Positions 63,231-64,000 of a DNA stretch of 64,000 nt are shown piece after piece. Numbering within the stretch: position 1 is the first letter of the stretch; every line of letters begins with the position of its first letter. The position numbers and the translations under genes were made by a program. The DNA comes from an uncultured Oscillospiraceae bacterium. Lineage in GTDB: Bacteria > Bacillota > Clostridia > Oscillospirales > Acutalibacteraceae. The stretch is from assembly GCA_949297075.1 (NCBI GenBank), contig CASFRX010000024.1:7651-71650 (forward strand), read 5' to 3'. Below the pieces are notes generated by a model that worked only from the letters and a program-made list of their open reading frames with translations, had not been told where the DNA came from and did not search any database.

Positions 63231-64000
63231 TTAATTTAGATTTTCGTTTAAAAACTTTTCGATCTTATCAAATGGAATGATGTCTTTTCTGTCATATAAA
63301 TCGGTATGCACTGCATCGGGAATAATGAGAAGCTCTTTATTATCGGCATAAGGGTTATCTTTTACCATATTGGCATAGGCATCTTTTGAAAAATAGCAGG
63401 AGTGAGCTTTCTCGCCGTGTATAATCAAAACTGCACTGCGTATTTCGTTGCTGTATTTCAAAATCGGCATAATGGGAAATGTTGCTGTACCTGTTACATT
63501 CCAACCGTCGTTTGAATTCAGGCTGCGCTCGGTATAACCTCTCTCTGTCTTGTAATAATCATAATAATCCTTGACGAAAAACGGTGCGTCATCGGGCAGC
63601 GGATCGACCACTCCGCCTGCTCTTTTGTATGTGCCGTTTTTATAATCCTCTGTACGCTGTGCGTTCAAAGCTGCTTTCATTGCATAGCGATCATCAGGAT
63701 TATCATTCGCATCAAAATATCCGTTTGCACCAACACGAGTCATATCGTACATAGTTGAGGTGACAGTTGCTTTGATACGGGTATCCATTGTTGCAGCATT
63801 AAGAGCCATACCGCCAAAGCCGCATATGCCGAGAATGCCTATTTTTTCGGGTTCAACAAAATCCTGAACAGAAAGAAAATCCACCGCAGCCGAGAAATCC
63901 TCGGTATTGATATCCGGAGAGGCAACATTGCGCACATCTCCGCCGCTTTCTCCGATAAAGGACGGATCAAACGCCATTGCGGCAAACCCTCGAGCCGCCA
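63231..64000 (-). CDS. alpha/beta hydrolase (dienelactone-hydrolase/S15-like); N-terminus lies outside the window
   Basis: The frame stays open upstream of the ORF-track ATG to the window edge (..AARGFAAMAFDPSF..). C-terminal HGEKAH and HTDLYD motifs. Confidence 0.7.
   Translation of the reverse strand, partial: AARGFAAMAFDPSFIGESGGDVRNVASPDINTEDFSAAVDFLSVQDFVEPEKIGILGICGFGGMALNAATMDTRIKATVTSTMYDMTRVGANGYFDANDNPDDRYAMKAALNAQRTEDYKNGTYKRAGGVVDPLPDDAPFFVKDYYDYYKTERGYTERSLNSNDGWNVTGTATFPIMPILKYSNEIRSAVLIIHGEKAHSCYFSKDAYANMVKDNPYADNKELLIIPDAVHTDLYDRKDIIPFDKIEKFLNENLN

Larger units (their letters stand above)
51113..64000. mobile_element. one end of an integrated element (ICE/IME-like) carrying a serine-recombinase module, regulatory cassette and cargo operon; the other end lies beyond the window
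   Basis: Abrupt change to visibly GC-richer sequence. Three tandem recombinase-family genes, MazF, sigma-70 region-4-like, XRE and Cys-rich KTR genes, which are typical Clostridial MGE accessory modules. The exact left boundary is not determinable from this window. Confidence 0.7.

Noticed and set aside
1-64000. CRISPR arrays, rRNA/tRNA genes, IS elements with terminal inverted repeats.
   Set aside because: Reading the intergenic regions, I saw no regularly spaced direct repeats, no rRNA-like conserved blocks, no convincing cloverleaf and no transposase (DDE-type) ORFs. A tool-based scan (tRNAscan-SE, CRISPRCasFinder, ISEScan) would be needed to be certain.

Overview
This 64-kb window comes from a spore-forming, low/mid-GC Firmicute that looks like a member of the Clostridia. 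The evidence is the conserved phoH-ybeY-dgkA-era-yqzL-recO and obg/mrnC neighbourhoods plus SleC- and GerA-type germination genes.

Bases 1 to about 51,000 look like core chromosome. They carry:
- scattered glycan-degrading enzymes: a GH2 fragment, a GH38 alpha-mannosidase, a GNAT-GH78 fusion, GH27 and a beta-helix protein
- pyk, an AlaX-like editing protein, obg, era, recO, ilvE and purD
- tandem M42 peptidases
- a NuoE/NuoF/(NuoG-GltD fusion) operon resembling Stn/Nfn-type flavin-based oxidoreductases
- a MacA/MacB-like exporter pair

From about 51.1 kb to the window end the sequence becomes visibly GC-richer. The content switches to one end of an integrated mobile element read on the minus strand. 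In transcription order this element contains:
- a tight 7-gene cargo operon
- a Cys-rich KTR gene and an XRE gene
- a sigma-70 region-4-type gene whose Shine-Dalgarno is buried in a long hairpin
- a roughly 0.4-kb ORF-free, hairpin-rich segment bracketed by two terminator-like hairpins
- an EndoA-like MazF toxin with no MazE partner
- a translationally coupled 51-aa ORF
- three tandem serine-recombinase-family genes, the middle one lacking the catalytic domain

The best candidate for something undescribed is this sigma / structured-RNA / orphan-MazF / recombinase cassette. It includes a 14-nt sequence at the 3' end of the ORF-free segment that is perfectly complementary to the anti-SD arm of the sigma-gene leader hairpin.

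Secondary curiosities are a SleC cortex-lytic enzyme split into two genes, a stop-interrupted mini-ORF that forms a promoter-to-terminator leader in front of the alaX-like gene, and the GNAT-GH78 fusion.

All functional calls rest on motif recognition by eye. No database search was run.
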